Source: Tubiluchus corallicola (taxonomy: Eukaryota > Animalia > Priapulida). Taken from it: a DNA stretch of 64,000 nucleotides. The notes beneath the pieces are model-generated. The model was not told the origin of the DNA. It made no database searches and was given only the letters and a program-made list of their open reading frames with translations. Position numbers and translations under genes: made by a program. Numbering within the stretch: position 1 is the stretch's first letter; each line of letters opens with the position of its first letter. The stretch spans positions 620,001 through 684,000 of the forward strand of contig JAQGDQ010000028.1 in assembly GCA_030141605.1 (NCBI GenBank). Reading direction: 5' to 3'. Shown piece by piece: positions 34,291 to 50,500 of the stretch.

Positions 34291-35513
34291 TGTAGGTGGA
34301 CAAAATTACTTAATAAATGAAAAATGTGTACAGAAATTTAGTTTTAGTATTTAGGCATATAATTGTACAAGTTCATCCAGAAGTAGAATTAAGAGACCAA
34401 GTGTGCTATAATATGTTGCTGTACTTTAATTCAGTTTAGAGATTTGATATATATTGGGCTGTATAATGAATCTTAAGTAAGTGTTACTGATATAAGTGCT
34501 ACTGGTACTATAATATGTACCTTTTTGCTCATGTATTTGTTTGGCAAAATTAATTAGTTATGCAAATTCAATTTCAGGTATGTGTTATGTCAGTACAAAT
34601 TTACTAAACAACAAGAAGGCTTTTGGGATTCATATCATTAGACAGTGAAAGTAAGCTGCAAGGTAACCATAGTAATTCATAAGTACAGCAAGCCTAAGTT
34701 GTGTAATTGTTTTTCTGGTTGTATAGCTGTGCTCTTATTGCCTGTTACTTTATCGCTACTGTGTGTAGTATTTCTCTTCAGAAACCAAGCACAAATAACG
34801 GATTGACATACTGAATTATATTACGTTTCTGTATTTCTGTAAATAATAATTTTGGTGTAAAAAACTGTATAAATTGTCATTAAATTTTGTTATAAAGAAT
34901 TGACCAATTGAAGGCACAGTGTAACTGAATGAAACTGAGTTTTTAGGTAATTGTTATCAAACACCTTTGCTACTATCTATAAAAATGCGAACTTACAATA
35001 CATTGAGTTATGCAGGAAATCGCCACATAATTAATAAAAGCGAAAAATGGAATACAAATTCCAGTAGACAACAAAGACATTGTGCAAACATAGCGAGTGT
35101 TGCTACCTAAAGGAAGCGTGGGAATGGAAAACAAAGCCTTCACCACAACCCCTACTAATGCATCAGCCGCACAGACAGAACATTGTATCTTTATTTTTTT
35201 AGTTCTTTATTTTCTTAGGTACAGTAGTCAGCAGTCTTTATGTTGTAAAGCAGACTTTTTAAATTTTAGTTAAATCTAATAATAACCATACTTAACTTTA
35301 GCAATACAACTTTTTACTTGCTATCATATGGGCTGTGGTCCAAGTGCGAGTAATGATTGACTTTGCTAGCACAGTCTTTATGTTATTAGGTTGACTTCTT
35401 AACAGCAATATACCTTTAAGCAGTTGCCTGTATCGTTTCATCTGTAGTTTCTAAACATTCACCACGTGCAGTTATACCTCTTTGTCTTTCTCTCTTATTG
35501 TTGGAAGATAGAA

Positions 35514-38500
35514 ATGACTTCGATTGTGAAACTGCAGCCAATGTCCGGCGCTTTGGATGATGGTCCACTTTGTTACCTCTTATTGGTGGATGAGTTCAGA
35601 TTTCTGTTGGATTGTGGATGGGATGAGAACTGCAACTTGGCGCACATAAAAGAGTTAAAAAAGTATGTAAATAATTTTCTACATCCTTTCAATAGTTTTG
35701 CAGTTGGGTTTTTAAAAGATATAGTATGCTGTTTCCAACTAAATTATTTTATCAATATAAAAAATTATTGTATTACAGTAGTCGCCGCTTAATAGATTCA
35801 CGGTTAATACACTCAATCACTTAATTGACTCAAAAACGCCTGGAACGGGCCGCTTCCATTCAAATATACGTAAAAACTATCGGTAATTGGCTCAAATAAC
35901 TTCGCTTAATTGACTCAATATTTTTCCTTCACCTACTTAAAATAAGACATTTGTATGTGGCCAAACAGCCTTTCTTACTTTTATGTCATCTTTATATGTG
36001 CATCATATATGTAGAAACAATAATGTTAAGTACTGTTTTGTTTGTAAACAGGTACGTTTATCATGCTCTAATACGCTAGCGTGGTGGTTTTGCTTTTAAT
36101 CTGTTACCCGCTCGCCCACTGTTACCCAAAGAATTCCTGAAAGCTAAACATTTAATCACTTGCCTAGCGGTTTCATTTTGATGTTCTAGTTGCAAATCAC
36201 GCTTTCAGGCTTAATGAGTTAACAGTCAAAGATGCAGGTACAGTAATCAGCCAGTATTCCTTGTGACTTACAAGAGTAAACATCATACAGCAAATAAGGG
36301 CACAGAGTTAAGAAGTTTGAAAAATGGAGCATAAAGATCTAACAGTTAAGGAGAAACTGAAAATTTTAGAGCAGTACGATAAACTTCCAAAGATGGGGCA
36401 GAGGTGTGCAGCAGTGCAGTTGAAAATTTCCCAAAGTACTCTCGGCAGAATATTGAAAAAACGATCTGAAATTGAGCAGTCAGCAAGCCAAAATGAGAAT
36501 CTAGCATCTAAGAGGCGACGCACAGGAAAAGACTGTGAAGTGGAGTCAGCGTTGAAAGTGTGGTTTATAAACGCAAGAGAAAAAGATGCTCGAGTGAACG
36601 CTCTTGTAATGCAGAACTGTTAATCATGCCCAATTCACTTGTGATTCAATTCCCACTACGTTGCAAGAGATAAGCCTGTTACCGTCTACTCCATCTGGTA
36701 TGAGCAGCAGCGAGTTATATACCTGGGTGGAAATTGATTTGGCTATTCAGGCCACGTCGCACATAACAGATGACGAAATCATCACCATTGCAAGGAGGAG
36801 TCGAGAAGAACCTAAAGAGGCCACTTGCGAGGAAACAAGGGCACCACCAACTGCAGCTCAAGCACGCCAAGCGCTAAATGTTTTACGAGAATACGTGCAT
36901 CACACAGCAACAGATTTTCAATATTTTTATGATTACAAGAACTTTGTGAGCCAACTTCTTCGCGAGAAAATGAAGTAGTCAACTTTGAAGGAATTTTTGC
37001 AAATAAACAGACTTGTGGGATTTAGAAAAGTATACTTTTTAATTTATTGTTAATTCGCTTATATAAATTAATATTTTTTCTAATTTTTAACTACATAAAG
37101 GAATTTAGGCATTACCTCGTTTCTAAAATTGATTAAAAGCCTTTGCAGTGCATAGTAAGTTGATGACTCATACTTCTAAAACAGTAATACTACACCCATC
37201 GGTTAATAGGTTCTGTCGGTTAATTGGGTCAAAACACATCGGTCCCAAAGTGAGTCTCTTAAGCGGCGACTACTGTTATACTGTAATATTAATTAGTTAT
37301 CCTATTCTGTACTATATTATCAACTTTCTACATTTTTATAAAAACAGTAATTGGTTACATTACTGTTAGCATGCTACTTAATTATTTTGTCCATAGTGGA
37401 AATAATTATTGGTGGTCTATTTAAACAAGCCACTTATGGTTTAACAAATTTATTAAGAAGCTGTGTTAAAAACTAAATTAGAAGAAACATTACAATTACT
37501 AGTGAAGAAAGACAAAATCAACAGCTTGTGAAAAAAAAAAAAAAGATATTTAATGGGCATTTTAACAGTAGTAATTTATTCAACATTGACTTTAGGCACA
37601 TTCATCAGATTGACGCTGTTCTGTTGACATACCCTGATATGCAACACTTGGGAGCTCTACCGTATGTTGTTGGAAAGCTAGGCCTTAATTGTCCAATTTA
37701 TGCTACAATTCCTACGTACAAGATGGGACAAATGTTTATGTATGATTATTTTCAGGTAAATAGTCATTGTAATTTATAACTGGTAAACATATAACTGAGT
37801 AAATATAATTGTTGTTTCTTCTTGCTAGTGCTGTGTTTTGTTATGTGCTTTACAACAAACATTGAACTCAAGTGTTTCAATAACATGACACATTTTCTTA
37901 ACAAATTAAGTGTTAGTATCAATATTTGTTTTTTAATTAATTTATTATCAGGATTATTTTTTTAGTAAACAGACGGTTTGCTTCATTTATGTTCTAAGAA
38001 ATTGTCTTTTTAGTTACTTTTGAATGATACATTTGAGCAAGCTGCAAATGCAAGGCTCCAGCGTGTTTGAGGCCTAGGTCCAAATCCAGCCTTAGTTTTT
38101 CAGATTTTTTTCTGTTAATCTATTGTTTAAAATTTTTAAAGCTGTTAATGACATTATAATTACCAGTTTGTTTAATCTTTTGCGTAATCTTACTCATTAG
38201 TGAAAGGAACTGAATTTGTACGTGTTTCAGTCGCGGCACAATACGGAAGACTTTGAGTTATTCTCACTGGACGATGTGGACTCTGCTTTCGACAGACTTA
38301 TTCAACTGAAATACTCACAAACCATTTCACTTAAAGGTAAGAGTTTATTGTGTGATCCGTAATGTTGGGCACTAAACTCGTGACTCACTTTAATTTTTGT
38401 CAGTGTATAAAAGAATTTTTATGAGCAATTTCTAGTCACCATGCTTCAAATTTAATTTCAATTAGAAAAACGGGCACTTGCTCGTGAGAGTTTGTTTTAA

Positions 38501-41500
38501 GTTATAATGTTGATTAAGGTATTCCGGCATAGGAGAGGTGTTCTGTCAGCTTCTGTGTTTGTATATTTTTTTCACATATGCAACATTACTTGCTAGAGTG
38601 TCACCTATATACAGTTAAGTAGAACGAACCTTGAGGAAAAGCTAACTCAGCTATATCAACAAAATGGTTTCCTGCTTAATATAAATAACTTGAGCAATCA
38701 ATTGAAAAATTTGACATTTCTTTTCGGAACCTCTCAGCTATACCACGACTAAAATGTTACGTTGTTTCAAACTATCCAAGACTATGTATAAAATCTATGT
38801 TCTGCTTTTGTTCAATTGATTGTATGCAGTATTACTAATTTAACATCAATATTTAACTTATTATTAACACAGCAGCCATGCATCATATTTTGTAACATGT
38901 GTCTCTTTTGAATTAGAGCCAAAGGTATTATTATTCAGTTATGTATCGAGAAGTCGCCAGTGTCAGTTTTACATATCTTCAATCTTGGCCAATCTTCGGA
39001 ACTATCAACATTATTTATAAGTCGGCTCATTTTCTAAATTACAGCAAAGCAATAACTGCCTGAAAGAAAGTCTCTAAACATGCAAAAGAGGAAACAAAAC
39101 CTTTATTAACAGACAAAATTTATGTAAGGCATGCTACATTAAAAACCACAACCCTGTACAGAATTTCCAATAAACATTCCTAAAGAATTATTTACACAAA
39201 TAATAAATTCCTGTATGAAAGCATTGTGGTGACACTATAGCCGTGTTGATAAACTATGAAGTTGTGCTGCCAAGATTCGTGACTAAGCTACAATTTATAA
39301 GATTATATCAGCAATGGAAGGCAGAATGAAACAACATTCTTCCTGTTCAGTATGTATTACAAATTATAGATCTGTCCTTATTGCTTGTGTCTTGCTGTTA
39401 ATTTTGTTAATATGAACTCTCTTTCAGGCAAAGGGCATGGTTTAACAATTACACCGCTCCCTGCTGGTCACATGATTGGCGGAACAATATGGCGGATAAC
39501 AAAAGATGATGAAGAAGATATAGTGTATGCTGTTGACTTTAATCACAAGAAAGAAAGGTTATAGATCAGTTGTATTAGTATTATTATTATTTGTTCTCCA
39601 TTTATTATAATATTCTTTATTATTTATTACAAAATTAAATTGTGAAATTTCCAGACAAGCACAAGTTTTAGGCTGTTATGCTTGACCAATTCCCAAGGAA
39701 AATCTGAAGAAATAAAGTGCACTGACTTGAGACTACTTTGAGAGTCTTCATAGATGGAGTCTAATAGGCCTGATCAAGATTTATATCTTATCAAGTGCTA
39801 TTAAATGCAAGAAAGCACTTAGAATTTAAAAATTCTCGTGCAGTTTGCAAAGCACAAGTCTTCAAGGCTCTGCAAATTTGTTGACGTAGCAGCCAGCCTT
39901 CTGAACTAAGTGATTTAAGTCATTATTATTGTTCTTAGGTAATGAAAGTGAAATGGTTTAAGAATGATTATAAGACAGCTGGAAGCCAAATGAACATTTT
40001 AGGAATAGCATTTTGTTGTCTAATTCATTTAAAATTTATAAAAAAACTTTCTTATTATGACCTTTTCCTTTAGACATCTTAATGGATGCAGCTTGGAGTC
40101 ATTAGACAGACCTTCTTTATTAATCACTGATGCTTACAATGCCACCTACCAGCAACCACGGCGACGACTTCGTGATGAACAGCTTTTAAGTGAGTTAAAC
40201 CTTCCTATAAATTTTAATTCTGGCAGTTAAGTTTTGTTCTGTAAACCTGAAAGTGTAATACAATATGGCACTTAAAGTGTAGACAAGAATGAATATATTT
40301 TTGCCTTAATTGCACTTTTACCATGTTTGAATACCTATGCCTATATTGGTAGTGTCAGTAAAAGTTCTAGTTTTAATTCTTTTTTATTTATGTACATATA
40401 TGTATGTATTAAAACTTTATTTGCCAATTTAAAAACAGACAAAAACAAAAATTATTGCAAATTATTCATCTTCGGTAACAAATGTTAAAACCTGCACTGT
40501 TTAATGGCAAATGTGTCTGGTGCAAATGTACAAGTTTCACACAAGTGCAAGTTAAAGCATTTGAATTATAACTACATGTAATATTAAAAAGATACATAGA
40601 AAGACTTGTCACCCTAAATTTTATACAACATTAGTTCATATAAAATAATCAAAACTACAATGCACAGTTAGCACACAGTAGTTTAAATAAATTTTATGGA
40701 GACTACAATCGAAATAAAGAATAAAATTGACTATAATACAATAAAATTTCACTTGTGTATAAAAGTAAAAAGCTTCAGATTGCATTATACACAGAAATAT
40801 AGAAATATTTAAGACTAACTGAAATTTAGTAATTGTGTGTCAAATTGTTTGAGTATTTTTTGTAATGTCGGTTATTAATAGTTCAGAATCTCATTTTCAG
40901 CCAACATTTTGCAGACGATGAGGAATGATGGTAATTGTTTAGTTGTTGTTGATACTGCAGGACGCGTTTTGGAACTTGCGCATTTACTGGTAAGTGCTGC
41001 TGCTTTTGCCTCCTTTAAAATATAAATTTGCTTATAATTATTTTTTATTTGCAAACTTGCAACCTAGCAAATGGTCAAATGTGCAATATGATCTCGAATT
41101 GATATACATCCAACATACATTGACGCCAATTCTGTTGGATGATTTTTTACGTCATGAAATCAAGGAACATTGTACTAAAATTGTGCTGTGACAATTTTGT
41201 TGTGTGATGTACATATCTGATGTGTATTTTCTAATATAACATATTAGTTGCTATGATCATTTGCACAAATGTACGATTGAGCTTTGTTTGTAATTGTCTG
41301 TAAGCGTGCCATTAACAGAGAAATTAGGATCACAAGTTAAGAACTGTTTGCCGCCGTTAATTCTTGCAGTTTGTTTAACTGTTCCTTAGCTTGCTTGTAA
41401 ATCTGTGGTTATCTTGAAATTCACACATTTTCTTGCCAAGCACAGACATAATATTGTGTTTGAAGAATATTAACTTTTCTTCTAGTTATAATAATTTAGA

Positions 41501-44500
41501 TTTTAAACGCAATTGTTAATTTGTTGTTATAGTATGCACGTTAGTTTTAAATATGGCTCATCTTCTCTTTGTAATTTAGAAATTAACAATATCCGAGTGG
41601 ATTACAATTCTATTAATCTGGGAGAAAAATACTGTATTATTGCCTTGTTTTCAACGCTTTTGTGTTATGTAATACTGTTATGTTCTATCCATGTTTTTGT
41701 GGACGCTGTATTAGCACTGCTTTATAACTCAATTATAACTTTGTTTTTTACTTTGTACCTGCTTCATTGAATGTATATGATATTACAGGATCAACTTTGG
41801 CACAATGAAGACTCTGGGCTCATTGCATACTCACTTGCCTTGCTCAATAATGTGAGCTATAACGTTGTTGAATTTGCCAAATCCCTTGTTGAGTGGATGA
41901 GTGATAAGATTATGAGGTAAGGTTGCCGTTCGGTCTAGCTTTTTCCAGGGTCGTCTAACTAGTCTTATTAATTCATATTAGAACAATTGTCTTCCATCCA
42001 AAGTGAAAAGACAGGACCAAACTATAGCAGAAATAATGGGACTTTTGCCTTTGTGTAATTTGTGGTAACAAGAGTTTTGCCTTAAAGCTAATCTTAGACA
42101 GCCTGTTCTACAGATTGTTGAAGCTTTATACATATACTATTAATTAGTTATAAAAATATGTATTAATTTTGAGCAAGTCTTGCTGCAATTTTTTATATTG
42201 CTGTAAACAGCAATGAATGGTCGCATAGTGGGACAATCTTAACTTCTTTTTGTGATGCAGTACCTTCTCTTAGAAAGTAGTCAAAATACGTTTGTTTACA
42301 TTCTGCAGTGGGCGCCGTTTATTAGACTCATAGTTAATACAATCAGTCTCTTAACTGACTCAAATAAGTTTGGTACTGGCTGCTCCTATTAAAATATACT
42401 TAAACACCGTCGTCAGTTGACTCATAACTCTGCACAACTGACTCGATATCTTTGCTTCATATACTTAAAATAAGACCAATGTGACCAAAGAGCTTTTACT
42501 ACTTTTATACCACCTATAGTGCTGTAAAAGTAGCAAGTGTAGTTCAGTTTTGTGTGTAGAAGTAATCATATTAAGTATGTTTATCATACGCTGATATGCC
42601 AGCGTAGCAGTTTGGCTTTAAATCTGTTGCCCACTCATCCATTGCAGTTAACCTCGTTGCCCAACAATTTATTGATGCTAAACTTTAAATTACATCCCTA
42701 GAGGTTTCTCTTTGAAGCTCTAGCTGCTTTTTAATCAGTTAAATGTTACTGTTATGCTACCAATGTATTCTTTGAGACTTTACACGCACAAACATCATAA
42801 AATAGCTAAGAGCATAGAGTTAATTTTGAAAAATTGAGCGTAAGCATAACATTTAAGATCTTGTAACCTTCGCAGTGCTTACTAAGCTGAGGAGTGATGA
42901 CTTGTCTTTCTATAGTAGCAAAACTACACTTATTGGCTAATAGATTCAGTCAGTTAATTGAGTCAAAACACTTCCATCCCAAAGTGAGTCTGTTAAGCGG
43001 TGGCTTTCATATTAGAAAATTAAACTTTTGGGTGGTTTGTAGATTATCAGTTGTTTTACATGCAAAAATGTTTCGCGGCGTAAAATTTTACCCAAAGACA
43101 TATCATGTGAATTCAGACATGTGCATTGCATTGTTTTCCAGACTGAATTCCATCTTGTTTAAGCTTGAGTACTAATCTTTACTAACTAAATGTCGTGTCT
43201 TATTTGTCTTTTCATCATATCATAAAAATAAATGGCATGCTTTTGTGTCATCCTTTGATATTGCTTATGCTTGGTCAACTGTATAAAAGTGTTGTATTCT
43301 TAGTAATCTTTTTTTATGCTATAAATCCTTGGTGTAAAATAAGTTTGTTTCTCTGTATACTACAAATCCTAAAATTGGTTTTTAAAATGATATTATTTTC
43401 CATGCCACTTCAATGTTTATCACGTACTGTTTGCTAATATTCAGCTGCAATTTTGTTATAATTTTGAAGTACGCTGTGGAGTGCAGTTTCAGCATTGAAT
43501 ATCATAAATAAGTTCTATCAATCAACGAGTTGTCCTCATAGCTCTGAAACACTTATCTCTCTCATGTAAGAAAAATTAACTGACCTGTCAACATGTCTAA
43601 AATGGGCAATGTGTAAACCGGGCATTAGGTTGTACGGTTCATATTTTTATCATATCTTTTTGTGTTAGAAATTTCTGGAAAGTTATCCCTATTAAGCAGT
43701 TTTCATGTTGCATTTTTCCTTCTCAGGTCTTTCGAAGATAAACGGAACAATCCATTCCAGTTTCGTCATGTTCAGCTTTGCCATAATTTAGCCGAACTAG
43801 AAAAGGTGCCTGAACCAAAGGTAATACGAATGTAAACTTGTAGTATTTCATTTTTATTTTACTTAATGCTATTAAGTTAGCGTTAATATAGTGGTGATCA
43901 TTGCAGGGTGTTATTGATGATAAGTACAGCAACTAGATTGATCAGCAGAAAGTACTAAACTTGGAATTTTTAATTTGGCCAAAATTGTTATTGGGCCAGA
44001 CACTTGATACATGCTCGGATTGGGCATGTGTGTCTGTAGCACTGTTCACTCCTAATTTATGTATTAAGTTATATTGTGTGAGTGATATTACCCTAAATTG
44101 TTTATTTTAGGTGGTGCTGAGTAGTGTAGCAGATATGGAATGTGGTTTCTCAAGAGATCTTTTCATACAGTGGAGTAAATTCAAGAAAAATTGCATTATC
44201 TTGACTAACCGAACCACTCCAGGCACACTCACTCAGAAATTGATTGATAATCCCAATTTTACATTTATCAACATTGAAGTATGTTAGTTTGCTTGAAGTT
44301 GTATGACGAATTAATGATGTTCTTAACTTGGGGTGCCAACTCTTGTGTTGGGGTACTATGAAAAGATACGTTTTTCATTAATTATATTAATCAGCACCGT
44401 GATGACGTCATTTGCTAATAAACTCGTACTGCAAAATCATCTAATTTTATTGTACAGTCGACAGGTTTTAAACACAAAAACAATTTGTTACTTGGGTATT

Positions 44501-47500
44501 TAAACTAGTAGTGAAACATTTGAGGAACAGGAAATACAAAACTGCACAAAATGTTGACGATTGTTCATGTTACAGTTTGTATTGTGGGATTTGATAGTTT
44601 TAGTGGTAGTGATAGATTTTGATAATATTTACATATAAAAATGCAATGATCATTATAGGCAATTTTTATATGATGTAAAATATATACTATGTGCAGTTTT
44701 AATGATGTAAAATGACTGTGATTACAGACAATAAAAGATTGTTGTTGTTATTATATTAAAAAAAGCAAAAAGATAACTGCTACTTTGTGAAATGCCATTT
44801 TAGCAGCAGCTAGTGTACTATTTTTTGCTATGTACTTGCGTTATTGCCAGATTTTAGGTGTTGCAAAGCTAACTTTGTATGCAAGATGGGAAACCTTGAT
44901 TGGGTTGGTCTTGTTATAGGTACGGCAGAGAGTCAGACTAGAGGGAGCGGAATTGGAGGATAGATTAAAGCAAGATCGAGAGAAAGCTGAGGAGGATGCC
45001 AAACGAGCCAGCGAAGCAGCTTTGAATGAGTAAATCAATCCTTTTCTTTTTTCTACAATGTGGCATAAAATAGTGGCTAGTACGTCTGATATAGGAAACG
45101 TTTGTTTTTTATTAATATCCCGAAATCTTCTACACTGAGGCTGAGTTAACAACTAGTATCATTGGCTTGGATAGAATTGATAAAACAATAATTTTTCTTG
45201 GTCAGGATAAAACAATTTTTTCACCATTTTCTTTCCTTGCCAGTCATGGGATATATTACGTCATTCCAGTGGGATTCATCTCATCGTTGTAATTAATAAT
45301 TTTGTAACTTGCTTGCATTAATTAGCTAATTAATAATAGTGTGTAGTTGCAGAGGCCTGTGCTTTGAAACTGCCCATTGGAAGTTTGCACTGACATCTTC
45401 CAGCAAAAATTCATTCTTGGGGCTACTTGTACCTTTTTAAATAACACACTGCTGAAACTATGTAAAGTTTCATTTAACATATTCATCGTTAGGCTGAAAT
45501 GCATTTTCGTGATTTCACAGAATGACAATTGCCAAATAAGATCCTAGCCGACTGTGTGTGACATCGTTTTCTGCATGAACTAGCCACCATGCAGAATGTC
45601 CTTGCATTATTGATGAGTGATTTTGTGGGAGTTTACTGGTAGGATAGGCAATAATTTAATGTCGCATTTTCTTTTTTCTTTTTATTATTCACAGGGAAGA
45701 GAGTTCAGGAGAAGAAGAGAGTGCTGATGAAATGGACATAGATGGAGTTGTCCAATATGATGGTACAAAAGTTTTTCAGCATGATCTCATGATAAAGGGA
45801 GAGGTATGAACTGATTGTACGTTGTTTGTACTGCTTAGCATTTTGCAAGCCAATATTCAGGCTTCAACAGCAAGATATGCTTAAAACTGTGGCAGGATTA
45901 GAACCTGTCTTTTCTGGGATGACTCACTAAATTAGGAGAGGTATCTAACGAACAATAATCATGACTGGATACATATACAATATACATGCTTTCTGGCTAA
46001 GAGAAAAACCCAGGCAGTATGACAGACAGAAGGCAGAGAAGCTCTTTTCCCAACGTTGCCCATTCGTTTACTGACCAGGCTCTGAATTGTTTAACTTTGG
46101 CCGCTAAGCCACTTGTGCTAACATTTCGCTATTGCCAAATGCTTTAACACAGCGTCATCATTGTTGTCATGGACAGGATGGGTCCAAGGTATCTTTGATA
46201 AGTTCCTGTTATAGTCATCACTTGATAATTTGCTTTTAGTGAAAATGCTCATTATTGCCATGATCAATGACAATGAGGTTTTTTATTTAGGGTCGAAGTC
46301 GAGGAGGCGGCTTTTTTAAACATGCCAAGAAATCATATCCCATGTTTCCTGCTTACGAAACGAAGATAAAGTGGGATGATTATGGAGAAATCATACAGTA
46401 AGGATCTTTAAGTTTTTGTGTTTTTTGAAAGCAAAAAACTGAACAGATGATTTTTTCCAGTAGTAGTCGCTGAACTTGTATTCACTACAGCATAAATGAA
46501 GTTAAGGCATTTTTTTGCAAAATTTGTGATATATGACGTCACAAATGGTATATGACATAAAATGCAACAGTTAAATGAATTGGGCAGCTCTTGTTTTTAT
46601 CAAGTCCACATGTTTTGACCGTAAAAGCAGATATATTCTGCAAGCATTTAGCTTTTTTTTCAGAATAAATTTGTCATTTCTTTTAAGCTTTTCCAAGTTC
46701 TTGCTACATATACTTTAAAATTTTGCAAATGATTGATTGTAGACCCGAAAATTTTGCATTGGCCGACAAGCCTCAAGCCGAGGAAGAAAAGAAGGAAGAT
46801 AAAGCAGAAACTGAAGCAGCAGAAGGTACATTTACATTCCACATGTTGAGACAAAGCGGTAAAATTTAAATAAAAAACACAGTCTCTTTACGGCACTAGT
46901 GAAATATCGATGTTTTTGATTAGCTTTCCTGAAGTAACGTTTCCAGAAATTTTAAATTTGGGAACACTAGTGATAGAAATTACCAAAATGTTGGTCTTAA
47001 AATAAATATATTAGTTAAATTAAGATTAAAATTAGAAATTCTTAAATGACTCTGCTTTGTACACACACAATGAACACGGCATTTTATAATTTCTATACAG
47101 CACAGCACAATAATTATCACCACAATTCTTTTTTTGGTAAAAATGCATAGTACATTTTACTACATTCTAACATTTGGCCATAGCAGTGAGTAGGCACAGT
47201 CTGCAGTTGAGAGCATATGTATACTTTATTTGTGCATTACAGTTGGCGTAAGATATGTGTTAAATAAATGTAAACTTTTATTTAGAAAAAATTACAGCTG
47301 ATTAAATTTGATTTGAATTTTTGTGATATAAAAACATAAACACCAAAACCGCATTTGGTATTTTAGTAAACCACAGCCGCTTAAAGGTTATGTACAAATA
47401 TTATAATGCTGTATTAACATTATTGATTTCCTGTTTATATTGTAAATGCCACATTATGTAGGTTCTCACTTATTATGTAGTACTGGGGTGCGATCTTTGT

Positions 47501-50500
47501 CACGTTGAATCATACTCAAATGGTAAAAGATGTGCCATGAAAGCAAATCCTGGTTTCAAATCCTGATTAATTCCATGTTTTTCGGTATCTCTGTCAGTTA
47601 ATTAGCTTTTAGTATAATTGTTGGTAAACATGTCTTTCCTTACGTATGTGTATGTATGTTTGTGAAATTTGTTTTTGTTGCATTGACACCTTTAATTGCT
47701 TTTCCTTTTGGTAGACACGGCAAATATACCAACCAAATGTGTGCGGACATTGCGTAGAGTTAACCTCAATGCAACCATCATGTACATAGATTTTGAGGGG
47801 AGATCAGATGGGGAATCTTATCGCAAGATTATTTCACAAATAAAACCGAGACAACTGGTAAGATTGAGAGTTGGCTAGGGACGTAAGTCAATTTCAATAT
47901 CGTAGTGTTGTACTTTGTTTTTTAATTTATTTGTAGTTCACTGTTACCTGACAGTAGTTTATTCGGCATAATACTGAATGTATTTGTATGGTAACAGTTA
48001 TTTTACTGCATGGATAACCGATCTAAATTAGATTCAAAGAAGGAAAGGGTACACTGAAGAGTGCAAAAAAAAACGATAAAATTTCGAAATACATATTTTT
48101 CAAATCATAAGGTAGTTTTTTTTAATGTATAAAGAGATTAAATGAAAACGCAAGAGATAAGTGCTTCAAAATGAATCAACAACATGAAACATTGATAAGA
48201 AATCTATCTAGCTATGGCACATTTTTTAAATTATTTAACTCAAGTGCAAATCACATTGATGTGTTTAAGAGCTGCGCAACAAATGAGTTGCTGCATTGAG
48301 TATACGGACTATACATATCTGGCCTGTCTGCATATGCCTGACAACATAAAGCCTCTTAAATTTTTCATGTCATGTAGTTAGTAGCAAATTTTAGTAGCTG
48401 ATCACTTATAACATTTCCATTGCATCTAAGTTGCAGTATATTTTTAAGATACTAATCCATGGCACACCGGAGTCTACACACGCTCTAGCTGACTTCTGTC
48501 GCACAACTCCCGGAATCGTACAGGAACGTGTCTTCACCCCACACCCGCATGAAGTCATTGATGCAACAACGGAGAGTCATATTTATCAGGTATTAACGTG
48601 AATCATTACATTAATGCCTGCTGGAAAAGTACGCAAATATTCCAAACAATGCCTGACGCAGTAATTTCCAGTTGCATAGATTCTATCTAATAATATAATT
48701 ACTCACTACCTCCTTCATACAGCATGTTTTTTCTGATAATTGGTAATGAATTTATCTAATATTGCAAATTTAGCATATTGTAAATTTAATCGCAACCTTA
48801 GTATTGTAGTTTTAAAATAGTATAAAAGAGTGCTAAAATCATATAAAAGTATAAAAAACATAGCTAGCCTAAACCATATTTTTCATTTTGGTATCTGATC
48901 TGCATATTTATTCAGAATTTAGCTAATTAAATGCTTAAAGCTTGTATCAAAAACTAGAAAAATTAATAAAATAGCTATCAGTTGGTAGCTGTCTGTCACT
49001 TTGGTAGCCGGGTTTCTGTCAGTCTCTGATCAATAGACTTATTATCCCTTATTATGCTGGTTACCTTATGCCCATTTTCTAACTATGTGCCTGAACACTA
49101 CTCGGAAAGTATGTGCATTATGTAATATTAATGGGTAAGTATTGGGGGGTTGATGCGATTGGGCATGACTTTCTGAGTTTTACTTTTTTTTTATTAAAGT
49201 TACATGTCATTTGCAGCCATTTTTAGACTCGGCCTAAACTGATTGAAAGCACCATCCTGATGTGGGAATGTAGGGTGTGACAACACATAGCACTACTCGT
49301 AGATTTGCTAATTGGCATATTACTTGTAGCTTCTACTAAATAAGGTTCTCTCTTGAGGCACTGAACAATGCAAAAAAGGCTAAGCTTTTTGGAAATGCTT
49401 CCTTCGCAATTATGTAGAGTGCTAGAATAAAGTTCAAGATATAATGGTTAGTCCTCATTTATTTTGCTGCAACAAACACGTCAGCCACCTTTTATGTGAT
49501 GATTTTTTTCTTCCTGATACCGTTAGGTGAAACTCAAGGAAACTCTGGTTACGAACCTAGTGTTCAGTCATGCAAAGGGCGGAGTAGGCGTGGACTTGGC
49601 TTGGGTTGACGGTCAGTTAAGCATAACCAAGGGAGGCGCTGATACAAGTGCACTGCATGAGCACAATGGTGATAATGTTAAAGAAGAAGGAATGGAGGGA
49701 ACTCAAGAAGAAGACAGGGTGCCGGTCTTAGACCCTGTGCCCTGGAACCAGGTTGGTATTCCGTGCTTGTAGTAAAGCCACTTATCTCATTTGTTTGAAT
49801 GACAAGGGCCACTGTGCCTGTCAAGGTATAATATTTTTTCATACTTTTCCTCTTATAGTATGTTATTTTATTTACAAAAGTTTTCAAATTGTTTTAAATT
49901 CTGCTTGGGAAATTTGAATTTTCTCCCAATAACAACAACATTTCGTAGAAATTTGGTGAATTGATTCCATGTTATATTTTACTTCACTTGTCGGGTACAG
50001 AAATTAACTGTTGATAATATTGAAACTGTTTGCTTTCATAATTACTGTAATATGAAAATAAAATAGCTAACTGCTCACTTACTTGCCACATTACAAAACT
50101 TCAACTGTTCAGTGAGACATTATAATGATATATTATTATTATTATTATTATTATTACATATAATATTATTTGTTTTGAAAATGCTGAAATACCACAAATA
50201 TTATCTGTAAGATACTTGGATACACTAGATATACATACTCTGGAAAGTAATAGGACTTGACAGTTGCCCTAAGGCACATTGCATTTAAGCTTTGTGGTGT
50301 TTAATGTTTATCCAAGAAGCTTATTGACCCTGGACTGAGTATAAGGAAAGAAACACTACCTTCATTGTAAATATTTATAGCTTCCTGTTCACTTAGATGA
50401 AGGAGTTTCAAGTGAATGCTTTTGGTAGTCACGTCATGTAGTGTACTTAATTAAGACAATGAAAGGCCTTTTCCCTGTAATACAGTAAATAGCAGAGCCT

